DNA from: the human T2T-CHM13v2.0 reference genome, Homo sapiens
Assembly (NCBI RefSeq): GCF_009914755.1
Contig: NC_060940.1
Strand: one strand, 5' to 3'
DNA: 64,000 bases
A model generated the notes under the pieces. It saw nothing but the letters and a program-made list of their open reading frames with translations, did no database searches and was not told the origin of the DNA. Positions 1-13,859 of the stretch are shown here, piece by piece (the first letter of the stretch is position 1; every line of letters starts with the position of its first letter). The position numbers were made by a program, and so were the translations under genes.

Positions 1-47
1 TCCTGCCTCAGGACTGTGTACATGCTGATCCCTCTGAGGTGACACTT

Positions 48-500
48 GTGTTAATTTCCTCTTTGTGCTGTGACTTCATGACCACGGACTTAGTGGCTTA
101 AAACAACACACATTTCTTATCTTCCAGTTCTGTAGGTCAGAAGTCCAAGATGGATCTCCCTGGGCTAAAATCAAGGGGCATTCTTTCTGGAGGCTCTCAG
201 GATAATCTGTTTCCTTGCCTTTTCCAGAGGTACAGGCAGCCTGCATGCCTTGGCTCATGGCTGCATCACTCTGACCTCTGCCTCCATCATCACGTCTCCT
301 TCTCTGACCACCCCCCTGTCTCCCTCCTTCCCTTATTAAGGACCCTTGTGATTACAGTGGAACAACCTAAATCATCCAGGATGATCACCCACCTCATGAT
401 TCTTAGTTTAATCACATCCAGAAAGTCTTTACTGCCATGTGAGGTTACATGTTCACAGGTTCTGGTGATCGGGACGTGAACATCTCTAGGGGCCACTGTG
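48..500 (-). mobile_element. MLT1 (ERVL-MaLR) solo LTR, probably inside an L2 fragment
   Basis: ttagtggcttaaaacaacac...cagttctgtaggtcagaagtccaagatg...tcacaggttctgg resembles MLT1B/C/D antisense; ends approximate. Confidence 0.7.
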
Positions 501-832
501 CTCTTGTGAAACAGCTGATCCCTCTCCATCTTCTGGTCTTGATTTAAATGCACCTTCCTTAGAGAGGCTTTTGCCAACACCATCTGCATTGACTTCTGAT
601 TTTCTCTTCCACAACACCCTGTTATTTTGCTTTATAGCAATTCCTTCAATAAACATGTCTCTATTATGTAAGCCTTTTTAAAATTAGGTAGTCTGTGTCC
701 TAAAGCTGAAGACATCCTTGCTACAAAAACCTTAACAGCCTGCACCTCAGCCCCCTAAGATCCTCTAGTCAGAGGAACCTCCTTCTCTCCACCCAAAAGC
801 TTGGTTCTGCCCTGCCCTGGTCGCACATAACA

Positions 833-852
833 TCTTTTCTTCTTCTTCTTCC

Positions 853-896
<44 letters not shown>

Positions 897-936
897 TTCT
901 TCTTCTTCTTCTTCTTCTTCTTCCTCTTCCTCCTCT

Positions 937-968
<32 letters not shown>

Positions 969-972
969 CTCT

Positions 973-1004
<32 letters not shown>

Positions 1005-1008
1005 TTCT

Positions 1009-1020
<12 letters not shown>
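833..1020. repeat. (TTC)n with CTC interruptions = (GAA/GAG)n on the minus strand, in an Alu tail
   Basis: 188 consecutive pyrimidines on +; about 57 triplets, longest pure run 16 (875-922); ends in poly-T abutting the Alu. Confidence 0.97.
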
Positions 1021-1252
<232 letters not shown>

Positions 1253-1581
1253 AGAAGGAGCAGGAGCATCTTAAAGATGATTTTGGCTTACCCCCAAGTC
1301 AGTCTTGCTGCTGAGCTCCAATGTCCAGTTTGGTTGGGATCTCAGTGGCACAGACTTCTCATGCTGTCTCAGTGGGGCACTGGGCTAGTCGGGGAGAAGG
1401 TTCAAGACTAGAGGGGCTTAGCTTGTTGACATGAATATGCCCTGCCAGTTACAGTGTTACTAGCAGGACTTTATCCTTGTCTGAATCAGCAAATGGCCTG
1501 TCTGGTTAGAGTGCTTGCATGCTCTAAAATGTATGATCTTAATCACAGCTCAGTGAGAATATTTGCAGGCAGAAGACTCTC

Positions 1582-2300
<719 letters not shown>

Positions 2301-2374
2301 GCGTGGTCTGAGTGCGTGTGGGCAGAGGCCCCAAGAGCCCTGCTATGTGCTCTTATTCCAAGTGGATCCATTAG

Positions 2375-2800
2375 TTTGTTCTGCACACATTCATCCATCT
2401 TCAACTCTGTGCCAGGCTCTGGGCATGCAGGCGACAAAGACACAGCCCTAACCCTCATGAAATTTTTACAGCCAAGTAGGGGAGACAGACATTAAGTTTT
2501 AAAAATCCTCCCAAAATGAGGAACTGTGATTGTGAGTAGCGCTGTGGATGAGAAGAACACCTGGGAGGAGACCTCGTCTAGCAGGTGGGCGGGGATGAAG
2601 CTTCTCCAAACAAGTGACGCTGAGCCAAGAGCTGAAGGATGAGTAAGAGTGAACCAGGCATAAAAGGGAAGAAGGAGCATTACAAGCCTGGGGTGCATGT
2701 GCAAGGGTCCTGGGGCAGGAATCCACAGGAGCAAGTGAAAGGCTGGTGTGACTGGGGTCCGAAGACCCAGGGGAGAGCAGTAAGTGATGAGCCTGCGGGT
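2375..2800 (-). mobile_element. L2 fragment
   Basis: actctgtgccaggctctgggcatgcag...gagccaagagctgaaggatgagtaagagt resembles the L2 3' region antisense. Confidence 0.6.
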
Positions 2801-3464
2801 TGCTGAGGAGTGATTATTCCCCACTTACCACCTGGTTCCTTTTCGAGCCTGTTCAATGTCGTTCAGACCCAGATGTGTGAGCCATTCTCTGGTACGTTCC
2901 CTGGAAGCAGAGGGGAAATGGGGACATAGCGAGGATGTTAGGGTGGAAGAGACTATTTTCAATGGTTCATCTTTTCCCCACTGAAGCTTATAGCTGAAAT
3001 TAATACATAAATTTACAGCCACAAGTCAGTTGTGATAAATAATCCCAGAAGTGTTCCGATTATTTACATTTTTATGGAATCTTGCCTGAGCAAACCCAGA
3101 GAGCACACCAGGCACTTGAAGAATTATGTCTTGTTCAAAACCAATTTAATAGCAATGGAAAATAAAGCCATCTGTGGGAACTTGTAGAGCAGAGTAGTAA
3201 TTCTCTGCCAGATGAGCAATATACAAAAAGCACCAAATCAACCCGAGCACACCAAGCGTTTGCACAGTTCAAGGGAAAGTAACAACTGCAACTTCAATGA
3301 ACCGTCGGAAGACATCAGGCCTCAGAGTGTCTTTTGCTTGTGTTTTCAGCAGATGTCAGACAGATGAGGATTCTGCTCACGTAGCAATGTGAGAAGAGTC
3401 CCTCATGGTCTCCCTATATACAGTGGGGCTGACTGGTGAGAGGCTGTGCAAAAGGGAAGAAAGA

Positions 3465-3610
3465 TCACATGGCGGAGGGGTTAAGAGCATGCGTTTGGGG
3501 CCAAAGAGTTGGGAGTTTGCATCTGGGCTCCCCCACTTACTAGCTGGGTGACATAGGGCAAGTCATTGTTTCTTATTTTCCTAATGTGTAAAAATGGGTA
3601 ATATATGTGA
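3465..3610 (+). mobile_element. MIR fragment
   Basis: ggttaagagcatg...ccacttactagctgggtgacatagggcaagtc...tgtaaaaatggg MIR core. Confidence 0.7.
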
Positions 3611-3645
3611 GTGTTTTTCTCTCCCAGTCCAGCATCCTTTCCCCC

Positions 3646-4056
3646 TGTGTTAGTCTGCTTTGCATTGCTGTAAAGAAATGCCTAAGTCTGGGGTCTGGGT
3701 AATTTATAAGGAAAAGGGGTTTATTTTGGCTCACAGTTTTGCAGGCTGTACAGGAAGCATGGTGCTGTCTTGGAGCTCAGGAAGCTTCCAATCATGGCGA
3801 AAGGCGAAGGGGGAGCCCATGTGTCACATGGCAAGAGAGGGAGCAAGAGAGAGAGGGGGAGGTGCCAGACTCTTTTAAACAACCAGATCTCATGTGAACT
3901 AAGAGCAAGAACTCACTTATTACTGCAAGGCGGGCACCAAGCCATTCATCAGGGATCCACCCCCATGACCCAAACACATCCCACCAGGTCCCACTCCAAC
4001 ACTGGGGATCACATTTCAACATGAGACTTGGAGGGGACAAATATCCAAACCATATA
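3646..4056 (-). mobile_element. MST (MSTA/MSTB, ERVL-MaLR) solo LTR
   Basis: tgtgttagtctgctttgcattgctgtaaagaaat...gggacaaatatccaaaccatat. Confidence 0.85.
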
Positions 4057-4428
4057 ATCCCCAATCTAACAGCATCATGGTTTCCTCTTTTCTCTTGCTT
4101 ATTTTTTCATGGTTTATTATTTATTTTTTAACAGCTTTATTGAGGTATAATTTACATACATTAAAATTCACCCGTTTAAAATGTACAGTTCGATGAGTTT
4201 TAGCAAATTCATATAATGCCACAATTATCTCTACAATCCAGTTTTAGAAAACTTCCATCTCTCCCAAAAGTTTTCTCATTTCCATTTATAGTCAATCCCA
4301 ACTCCAACCTCCAGCTCCAGGCAACCACCAATGTGGTTACCATCTCTACTGTTTCCCTTTTTCTAGAAATTTCATGTAAATGGAATCATACAATATATAG
4401 TCTTATATGTCTGTCTTCTTTCACTTAA

Positions 4429-4758
<330 letters not shown>

Positions 4759-5671
4759 GATCTATGTTGTTTTAAGTATGTATAGTTTATTCGTTTTTAT
4801 TGCTTTATGTATACACCACATTTTGTTTACCCATTCACTAATTGATGGATTTAGATGAATTTGAATTTGGATTGTCCACTTTTTTTGGCTGTTATGAATA
4901 ATGCTGCTTTGAGCAATTGGATATATGTCTTTGCCCTGATATATCCTGCATTTGAATCTTGATTAAATACTTATGAGTGGAATTGCTGGATATTTGGTGC
5001 ATAACTTAAAAAACTGCCCAATTGTTTTCAAAAGTGGCTGCACAATTTTACATTCCTACCATCAATATATGAGGATTACAGTTACTCCATGTCCTTACTA
5101 ACATTAGGTATTGTTGGCCTTTTCTATCTAACCATTCTATTAAGTGTGTCATGGCATCTCATTGTGGCTTAAACTTGCATTTCTGCAACAGCTAATGGTA
5201 TGGAGCAACTTTTTATATGCTTATTATTCATTGGTATATCATCTTCTTTGGTGAACGGTCTATTCTTTCATTTATTTAAAAAATTAGGTTATCTATCTTC
5301 ATATTATCGAGTGTAAGCATTCACTGTGTTCAGTACAGGTCCTTTATGTGTTTTGCAGATATTTTCTTCCAGTCTATGGCTTATCTTTTCATTTTTCTTG
5401 GTGGCATCTTTTAAAGCGCAAAAATGTTAAATTCTGATGAAATCTAACTTGTCAATTTTTTTCTTTCATGAATTGTACTTTTTAGGTTATTTCTAAGAAA
5501 TGTTTGCCTAGCTCAAAGTCACAGGAGTTTTCCTCCCAGCCCAAGGTCACACAAGTTTTCCTCCTATGTTTTCTTCTATATGTTTTATAGTTTTAGCTCT
5601 TATATTTAGGTTTCTGATCCATTTTGAGTATTTTGAGTTAATTTTTGTGTGTGAGGTAAGGGCCTAAGTTC

Positions 5672-5937
5672 TTTTTTTTTTTTTTTTTTGACAGGGTCTT
5701 GCTCTGTTGCCCAGGCTGGCGTGCAGTGGTGCAATCATAGCTCACTGCAGCCTCAGACTTCTGGGCTTAAGCAATCCTCCTGCCTCAGCCTCTCCTGAGT
5801 AGCTGGTACTACAGATGTGCAACACCACCATGCTCAGCTAATTAAAAAAAATGTTTTTTAGAGATCTTTTTAGGTCTTGCTATGTTGCTCAGGCTGGTCT
5901 TGAACTCTTGGCCTCAAGCGATCCTCCCGCCTCAGCA
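5672..5937 (-). mobile_element. AluJ-type SINE
   Basis: Poly-T then gacagggtcttgctctgttgcccaggctgg...atcatagctcactgcagcctc. Confidence 0.9.
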
Positions 5938-6249
5938 GCATATATGTATCCAACTGTTCTAACACCATGTGTTGAAGATTGTCCTTTTCTTCTTGAATTA
6001 CATTGTCCACTTGTTGAAAGTCATTTGATCATTTGTGTGTGGATTTATTTCTAGGCTCTTTTAGTTTCCTTTTGAGGAATAAGCTCTTTTCTATTTGATG
6101 CAGATTCATAGGACAGTAATAGGAGAATTGATCTGGGATTCTCTGAGGCTTTCAACCTAGGATTTGAATCTCGAGCAGAGAGAAAGACTTTGGTTATGAT
6201 AGTGGTTTCGTAGCCACAAAACTATCAATGGTAACAGCTAGCACCCATA

Positions 6250-6620
6250 TGGCTCTAAGTGCCCAGCACTCATGCAAAACACTTTAATTATATTAATTCA
6301 TTTAACACTTATAATAAAACCATCAGACACATACTATCATTGTCCCCATTTCTCAGAGGGGAAAACCAAGGCATGCAGAACCTAAGTAACTTGCCAACCT
6401 CAAAATTAGTAAGTAGCAGGGCCAGGATTTGAACCCAGGAAGTCTGGCTCCAGAGCCCATGCCTTATTTTTTTAGAGACAGGGGTCTCAGTATGTTGCCC
6501 AGGTTGATCTTGAACTCCTGGGCTCAAGCGATCCTCCTGCCTCAGCTTCTTAAATAGCTGGGATTATGGGTGAGCCACTATACCCAGTGTGAGCCTATGC
6601 TTTTAAACATCAGGCTATCC
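6250..6620 (-). mobile_element. MIR interrupted by an Alu monomer (FLAM-like, ~6465-6590)
   Basis: MIR antisense ccccattt...ggatttgaacccagg; monomer flanked by gagcccatgc / gagcctatgc. Confidence 0.7.
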
Positions 6621-6847
6621 TGTGTTGGTTATGATTCCTCTTTTCTACCCTCTGGGGATGCCTTAGTTCCTGTCTTCTTCCAGGCTTGGCCATAGTATAA
6701 GCCCATCTTAGAGGATCTGGTCCCAATTTCCTCCCAGGAAATGGTACAGGAGTTGCTGAAGGGGTTTACTTCCTGGGGTAACATTGTCAGATGTACGTTT
6801 AAAAAACAACTGTGATTTCCACCACAAAGTGATATTTTCTTCAATAG

Positions 6848-7215
6848 TGTGTAAGTTTGCTAGGGTTGCCGTAATGAAATTCCACAGGCTGTGTAGCGGA
6901 AAGAACAGAAATTTACATCTCACAGTTCTGGAGGCTGGAAGTCCAAGATCAAGATGTTGGCAAGTTTGCTTTCTCTTGAGGCCTCTCTCCCTGGGTTGCA
7001 GGCGGCACCTTCTTGCTACATCCTTACATGCCCTTTTCTCTGTGCACACCCATCCCTGGTGTCTCTTCCTCTTCTTATTAGGACACCAATCCTATTGGAT
7101 TAGGCCCCACCCTTATGACTTCATTTAACCTTAATTACCCCTTTGCAGGCCATATCTCACATTGGGGGTTAGGATTTCAGCATATGAATGAGGGGCAATA
7201 ATTTAGTCTATAACA
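6848..7215 (-). mobile_element. MLT1A-type MaLR solo LTR
   Basis: TG...CA ends with perfect 5-bp TSD aatag (6843-6847, 7216-7220); ctcacagttctggaggctggaagtccaagatcaag. Confidence 0.88.
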
Positions 7216-7294
7216 AATAGCTACAATTTGATGGAACATTTATTATCTCCTGTCTGTGCTAAGTAATTCCCATGCAGTCTTTCATTTCATCCCA

Positions 7295-7478
7295 TACTAG
7301 CTTTGCAACCTTAGACAACTAACAACCTCTCTGTGCTGAGTTTCCTCATCTGCAAAATGGGGACACAAATAGTACCTGCCTTATAGTGTTGTTACGAGTA
7401 TTACGAGTATTAAATCAACGAATATGTGTAAAGCACCTAGAACAGTGTCTGGTGCAGAGAGTTTGTTAAATAAATAAA
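7295..7478 (+). mobile_element. MIR
   Basis: aacctctctgtgctgagtttcctcatctgcaaaatgggg...tgtaaagcacctagaacagtgtctgg. Confidence 0.8.
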
Positions 7479-7600
7479 CCCGCGCTGTGAAGTTGGTAGA
7501 ATTCACATCCAAAGATAAGCAAACCAAGCTCCTCTGAGGATATGAAGCAAGCACTTTGTCCAAGGTCAACTGGCAGAAACATGTTTAAATTCAGTGCTGT

Positions 7601-7893
7601 GGGCAAGGTGCGGTGGCTTACACCTGTAATCCCAGCACTTTGGGAAGCTGAGGTGGGCAGATCACCTGAGGCCAGGAGTTCGAGACCAACCTGGCTGACA
7701 TGGTGAAATCCCGTCTCTACTAAAAATACAAAAATTAGCCAGGTGTGGTGGCGGATACCTGTAATCCCAGCTACATGGGATGCTGAGGCAAGAGAATCTC
7801 TTGAACTTGGGAGTTGGAGGTTGCAGTGAGACGAGGTCGTGCTACTGCCCTCCAGCCTAGGCAACAGAGCAAGACTCCGTCTCAAAAAAAAAA
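7601..7893 (+). mobile_element. AluS-type SINE
   Basis: Full dimer with A tail. Confidence 0.95.
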
Positions 7894-9466
7894 TCACTGT
7901 CATCCTGGATCCTTGTAATGGGCTCAGGAACTGGCCCCAGAGTCCTGGTAGATTCTAGCGTGCGTCTCCAGGGAAGGAGAGACTGACCAATCTTACATTT
8001 GGAGAGCAGGACTTAAGAAAAAGCAATCACCAACGGCCATTCTGCCCAAGCAGAACTCGCACTCTGATCCACTGCAATCCACTGCCTCGAGTGATCGGTA
8101 GGGAATTTTTCAGGTGAGGAAGCGGGAATACAGCAGAGAAATCTATGCCATGCTTTGGGAGAAAGAGCAGGAATTCCATGTGACTGAAGCGGCAGGTGGC
8201 TGGGGGGATAGGGCAGTGGGGAGGCAGGGGCTTGGAAAGTGGGGAAGCTGAGCCACAGTTGTGCACATTGGGACTTGTCTGTCCTGTCTGCCCTTTGTGT
8301 TGTAGGCCACAAGGATGCACTGGAGAGTTTTATGCAGGATCACTGACTGCATCAGTATCAAGCCACAAAAATGGATTCTGGCCAACTTAAGCCAAAAAAA
8401 CAAAAGCTAAAATAGAAAGAAAGCTCTTTTGAAAAGGCTGCCTCAAAGATCTAGGCAACAGGAACTAACTGAAAACCCATTAAGGTACCTTACCATGTTT
8501 CTCCGGAATGGGGCCTGGGGGGCACCTCCAGGCCTATTCTAGGGAGAGCTAATCTGATTGGTTTAGCCTGGGTCACATGACCATGCCTGGGCAGGCAGAG
8601 AGCCTCTTGATTGACAGTCCCACCCGACAGTTTTGAATGAGGGAGGGAGGTTCCCCAGCGTGAGGGTGGGTGCTGTTGCCTGAGGAAGGGGAGTTGTTTA
8701 AAACAAGAGGAGAAGCTGCAAGTAGACTACTAGTAACGAGAGAGCAGACCTGAGAAGCAAACCAGAAAAAGGGACTTCTATTAATTTGTCACCAGGACAC
8801 ACTGCCGTTTCATGTGCAATGCAGCTGTGCTTCAAATCGGCCCCCTGTGTAATTTCAAGGATAAATATAGAGCTTTTTCAATAGTTAAAAAAAATCTAAT
8901 GGCAAGAACTAGATACATTTCTGTGCGTTTTATGAAGAAATTTACTATTTTTTTGAGTAGAGAATACTTGAGTAATATATTCATGTAGTTCAGAACTCAA
9001 CATGATGCAAAAATATATACACGTGACAGTCTCATTCACATCCCATTCTCACCCTCAGGCTTATATGTAAGCACTTACTTGTTTCTTATATACCCTTCTG
9101 GTTTTTTTTTATTATTATTTATTTTTTATTCTGCTATAAGTTCAGATGAGTATGTATGAGTATATGAAAGATTTGTCCTGAATTTCCTTTCTGGATGGTG
9201 TTGGGGACCTGAGGAAGCCCAGGGGAAGTTGGAGGTCTATTTCATCAGCCTAGTAACACCTCTGGGATTCTCCCATTGACCCTAGGTCTTTTGTGGGGTC
9301 TTGGGTACACTACAGTCCTCGGCCCCCTGCTGTATTTCTGGGGGAAGGTCTCAGGCTTCCGGGCCTGGGAATAAGTACTCTTATTTCAATGGAATACTCC
9401 AGTTCTTCAGGCCTGGGGAATGTAGGAGTTCAGCTTAGTTTCCAGATTCCTCCCAGTCCTCTAGGG

Positions 9467-9689
9467 CAGGGGTCTGCAAACTGCAGTTGGAGGGCCAAAT
9501 CCTGTCCATCACTTGTTTTTTTTTAAATAAAGTTTTATTGGAACACAGCCACAATAATTTGTTTACATATTACTTGTGGCTGCTTTTGCTTTATAGCAGC
9601 AGAGTTGAGTCATTGAGACAAAGATGGTACAGCTTTTGAAATCTAAAATATTTTTTATGTTGTTCTTTATGGAAGTTTGCCAGTCCCTG
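9467..9689. mobile_element. MER58A-like hAT-Charlie MITE
   Basis: Terminal inverted repeats caggggtctgcaaact / agtttgccagtccctg; internal taaagttttattggaacacagcca. Confidence 0.85.
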
Positions 9690-9879
9690 CTGTGAGAGCT
9701 GAAAAGGAAATGAGGACCTTGTTCTGGAAGTGCTTCCCAGTGGTTGGAGAAGCCCTTAGTGGCCCAAAACGAGGAGGCCATCACTGCAGAGAAGGAGCAG
9801 CTCAGTCAAAAGTCTGGGAGTCATCCTTGTCACCTCCTTTCCTTCATCCTATCCCCACCCCACATTCGATTCCATACCA

Positions 9880-10449
9880 ATGACTCTTGATTTTTCTTCT
9901 CCAAAATATTTCTGGATTCTGTCCTCTTCTCTCCGTCTCCAGCAGCATCACTGCTTCATCTCTTGCCTGGACCACTGCAGTCACCTCCTCAGCCCCTTTC
10001 CTCCTGCTTTCACGGTGAGGCTGTTGCAATCCATTCTCCACCGAGCAACCGAAGTCATCCTTGCAAGGTGTGGATCTGAAAATCCTTCAATGGCTTCCTG
10101 TTGCACTTGGGATAGTGACCCAAAGCACAATCTGGCCTCTGCCCACTTCTCCGGAGCCCTCTTGTGTCATGCCTACCACCAGCTCTCTCTGCACTCTGGC
10201 CACACTGGTGGTGCTGGGCTCCTCCGGAACAGGGCTTTCCCACAGACTATTTCCTGTGCCCACATGCTCCCCACTCTTCCTGCTTTTCCAGTGAGCTCCT
10301 TCTCATCCTTCAGGTGTTACCTTGACCATCACTTCCTCTGACAAATCTCTCTTGACGTCTTTTACTGGGTAAATGCCCTCATTACAGGCTGCTGCAGCCC
10401 TGTGTCCCCATTCTCCTGAATCGTGTTGAAGTTGCAGTTCTACATGTAT

Positions 10450-10488
<39 letters not shown>

Positions 10489-10615
10489 GGTCACCTTCTC
10501 CATGAAGGCAGGAACCCACATCTGGCCTTGCTGACTATGGCGTCCCCATTGCCTAGTATAGTGCTTGGCACATAGACCCTCCATAAATATTTATCAAATA
10601 GATAAATAATGAATC
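9880..10615 (+). mobile_element. L2 3' region containing a (TG)n microsatellite (~10445-10487)
   Basis: Ends gcctagtatagtgcttggcacatagaccctccataaatatttatcaaatagataaat, a typical L2 3' terminus. Confidence 0.75.
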
Positions 10616-11887
10616 TTACTCCATTCCAGCCATTTCCGGGTATGGGAGAGATTCTTCTCTGCTCTGCAACTTGCTGAGGTTTTAGGTGCCAAAGTCTTAA
10701 CTTCATCCCTTGAGAACCACGTTTAACAGAGTGAGTTGGCAGAGCCAACCTAGCCTGGTGTTGATTGAATGCCACTTTGAGATGGCAGCTGCTGTATTTC
10801 TTCCAGTTGGTGTCTCCAGCCCCAAACAGGGTGTACACGACAAGCTTTTCTCCAGACTGTGTCTTGGAGATCTGTCATACCAAGAGGGATGGATGCTTGT
10901 TCCATTTGCTTTTCCAGCTTCTCTGCACCTGGTCTCCCCACAACCCAACCAGTGAAGATGCTAGTGAGGAAGGCAGACAGGTGTCTCAGCGCCTTCCCCA
11001 TCCACACCCCCACTAGCTGTTAAGTATTCCATGGGATCCAGACAGAGAATTTTATTTGTTTTTCTGGACCCAAGCTGCCCCTTGACACAGCCGGTGATTG
11101 CTTTTTTTTTAAAAACCACGAAGGAGAAACTAGGTTTTTTCATATACTGATAAGGTGTCAGGTGACAGAGAGATCAGCATCCCAACACATAAATCTGCAA
11201 CTAATCCTTAGAAATCAATATTTTTCATTAAGAACCTGTGAGAGTTGGACCATTATGGGGAAAATCTGTTTAGGTTGACACCTTGATGAAGTTATTCAGT
11301 TCAGGGGCTTAAGTCATTGAAAGGTAATAAAGAGCACGGAGCAATCTTGGGACTGGTTAGGGGAGAAAACGATGGGAGTATTTAGCTTCAGTTCAGTGAA
11401 AAATGACCTCCTGATTTATTGGGGAATGATGGGGTGCTGGCCTCTTGGGCAGGCTGAGCCAGACACCATGCACATGGCAGCCTTTCACTCTCACCACCTC
11501 TCCTCCCTCTGCAGTCACTGCTGTTTATAAGCTGCCTGGCAATAACAAAGCAGTAGGGATATATTTAGAGGGTTTGGGAGATTTCCAATATTCTCTAAGT
11601 CCCCACCCACATAATGCTCTTTCACATTTTGGACTTTCTCCTGTAGGTCACAAGGAATGGGGGTATTTAATTATTCTAATAGTTTAACAATGAGATTGAA
11701 TTCACTTTTGTAAAATTGCCTTTATGACCTATTGGATCTGAAAGGACCCAGTTCATTGTCAGAAAGAACCAGGGTTATTCGAAGCCAATCCCTGGTATCG
11801 TCAGGATCAAAAGGGTAGCATCAAATATTTCCTCGTGGGTCTCAATTGTCCATAGACAATCACATTGGATGGGATCTAGGAAGTACA

Positions 11888-11980
11888 TTTTCTTATCTCT
11901 CTCTCCTTCTCTCCTTTCTTTCTTTCTCTTTCTTTCTTTTTTCTTTCTTTCTTTCTCTTTCTTTCTTTCTTTTCTTTCTT

Positions 11981-12034
<54 letters not shown>

Positions 12035-12125
12035 TCCTTCCTTCCTTCTCTCTCTCTTTCCCTTCCTTCCTTCCTTTCTCTCTTTCTCGCCTCTCCTTCT
12101 CTTACTCTTTCTTTCTTTCTTCCCT
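11888..12125. repeat. (TTTC)n/(TC)n/(TTCC)n compound polypyrimidine tract
   Basis: Directly visible. Confidence 0.95.
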
Positions 12126-13239
12126 GTCCATGATCCCAGATCCATCTTTCTCCAGTCCTCTGTAATCAATGCCAGATGACAGCCATTCCTGATTTTGTCC
12201 TGGGAACTGCATGGTGGATTCTCACATTCTTGGAGTAGACCATTTAGAAGACAAACAAATCTCTGTCTTATGACTATTGATTCCCTCTCAGCATAACTTT
12301 CATCCATTTATAAGTGCTGGCAGCCACGCTGCATGGAAATATCCCTTTGGTACCTTCTTGAAAGGTCAACAGAGTGCTGCAGCACAGTGTTTTAGATTTG
12401 ATGAAATATGATATGATTTCTGATTTAATACAGTTGAAAGATGTCCTGTCTGGGTGTGAGGCTGAGGAAGTATTCAAGTGATGAAAGGTACAGAGAGTCC
12501 CATTCCACTGAAAAGCCACACTGGCAGCTGGGTGGGATGTGTGTGGGCAATTGCAGTAGGGATAGTAAGAGGAGGGTGGATTCAAGAAAGAGTTAAGAAT
12601 TCAAATGGATAGGAGTGCTAACAATTTGGATTAGGAATCCGTTCATGTGTTGAGCTTTCACTACCTCCTCATCACTTAGAAAGAGTGGGAGGAAAAAGAA
12701 GATAAGAAGAGCCAAGAAGGGAATTCAGATGAATGTCAAGAACTAAGGCACAAATAGAGGCACAGTCAGAGAGAGAGAGGGAAAAGCAGAAGGGAGTGGA
12801 GTCAGGGGAGCCAAGGGTGGAGAAGGACAGAAGGATTGACCGAGCCACTGTCCTCAGAGGTTGTGTAAGATCACTACTCAAAATGTCTATTTCGCTGGGC
12901 AAATATGGTGTTTTCTATGACCCTACTCAGAACTGGCTCAGTGCGGTGATGAGAGCCAGAGAGCAGTGGATGGAGGGGTGGGTAGAACTCAAATCCTGGG
13001 GCTTCTCTCTTGCTGTGTTCCACAGAGCTATGTTTCCAGATATGTCACCCTCACAGAGCATGATGTGAATGGCACTCCTGGAGGTTCTGGATGGAAGTGG
13101 AGTCCCTGAGCATAGACTACACTACTCTTGAGTCTCTTGGCTGAGAAGAGAAGGGAGGAGGCAGTAGCTAGTGGGGAGTATCTAGCTCTGAGGGGATGGT
13201 GGTGGTGAAGAGGCATCCATTACTATTAAAAACAAAGAG

Positions 13240-13603
<364 letters not shown>

Positions 13604-13859
13604 CTAACTTTGTACAGGAGCCACCTGTCTTCCACTGAGCAGCAGGAAAGGGGATAAGTGTCCACCCATCCCTAGCTCTTTAATGGAGCTCGTTCCCTGA
13701 TACAACATACGCTGGGATTCTGTTGGGCTCAGTCTTTTTCTAGATCACAGTTGCCAGGCCAGACCAGGAATTGGGCTCAGTGTTTTTCTAGATTACAGTC
13801 TGGCTTGCCTACATGAGCTGTCAGTCTAGCTCTTATTTCCTGGCAGTGTATTCTAACAC

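Noticed and set aside
7466-7903. Alu-derived ORFs (here and at about 19000, 24422, 46168, 53553 and elsewhere)
   Set aside because: Standard Alu translations (e.g. [15 protein letters not shown]); no evidence of exonisation.
11846-12307. Ser/Phe/Leu-rich and Lys/Glu/Arg-rich ORFs
   Set aside because: Artefacts of the (TTTC)n tract.
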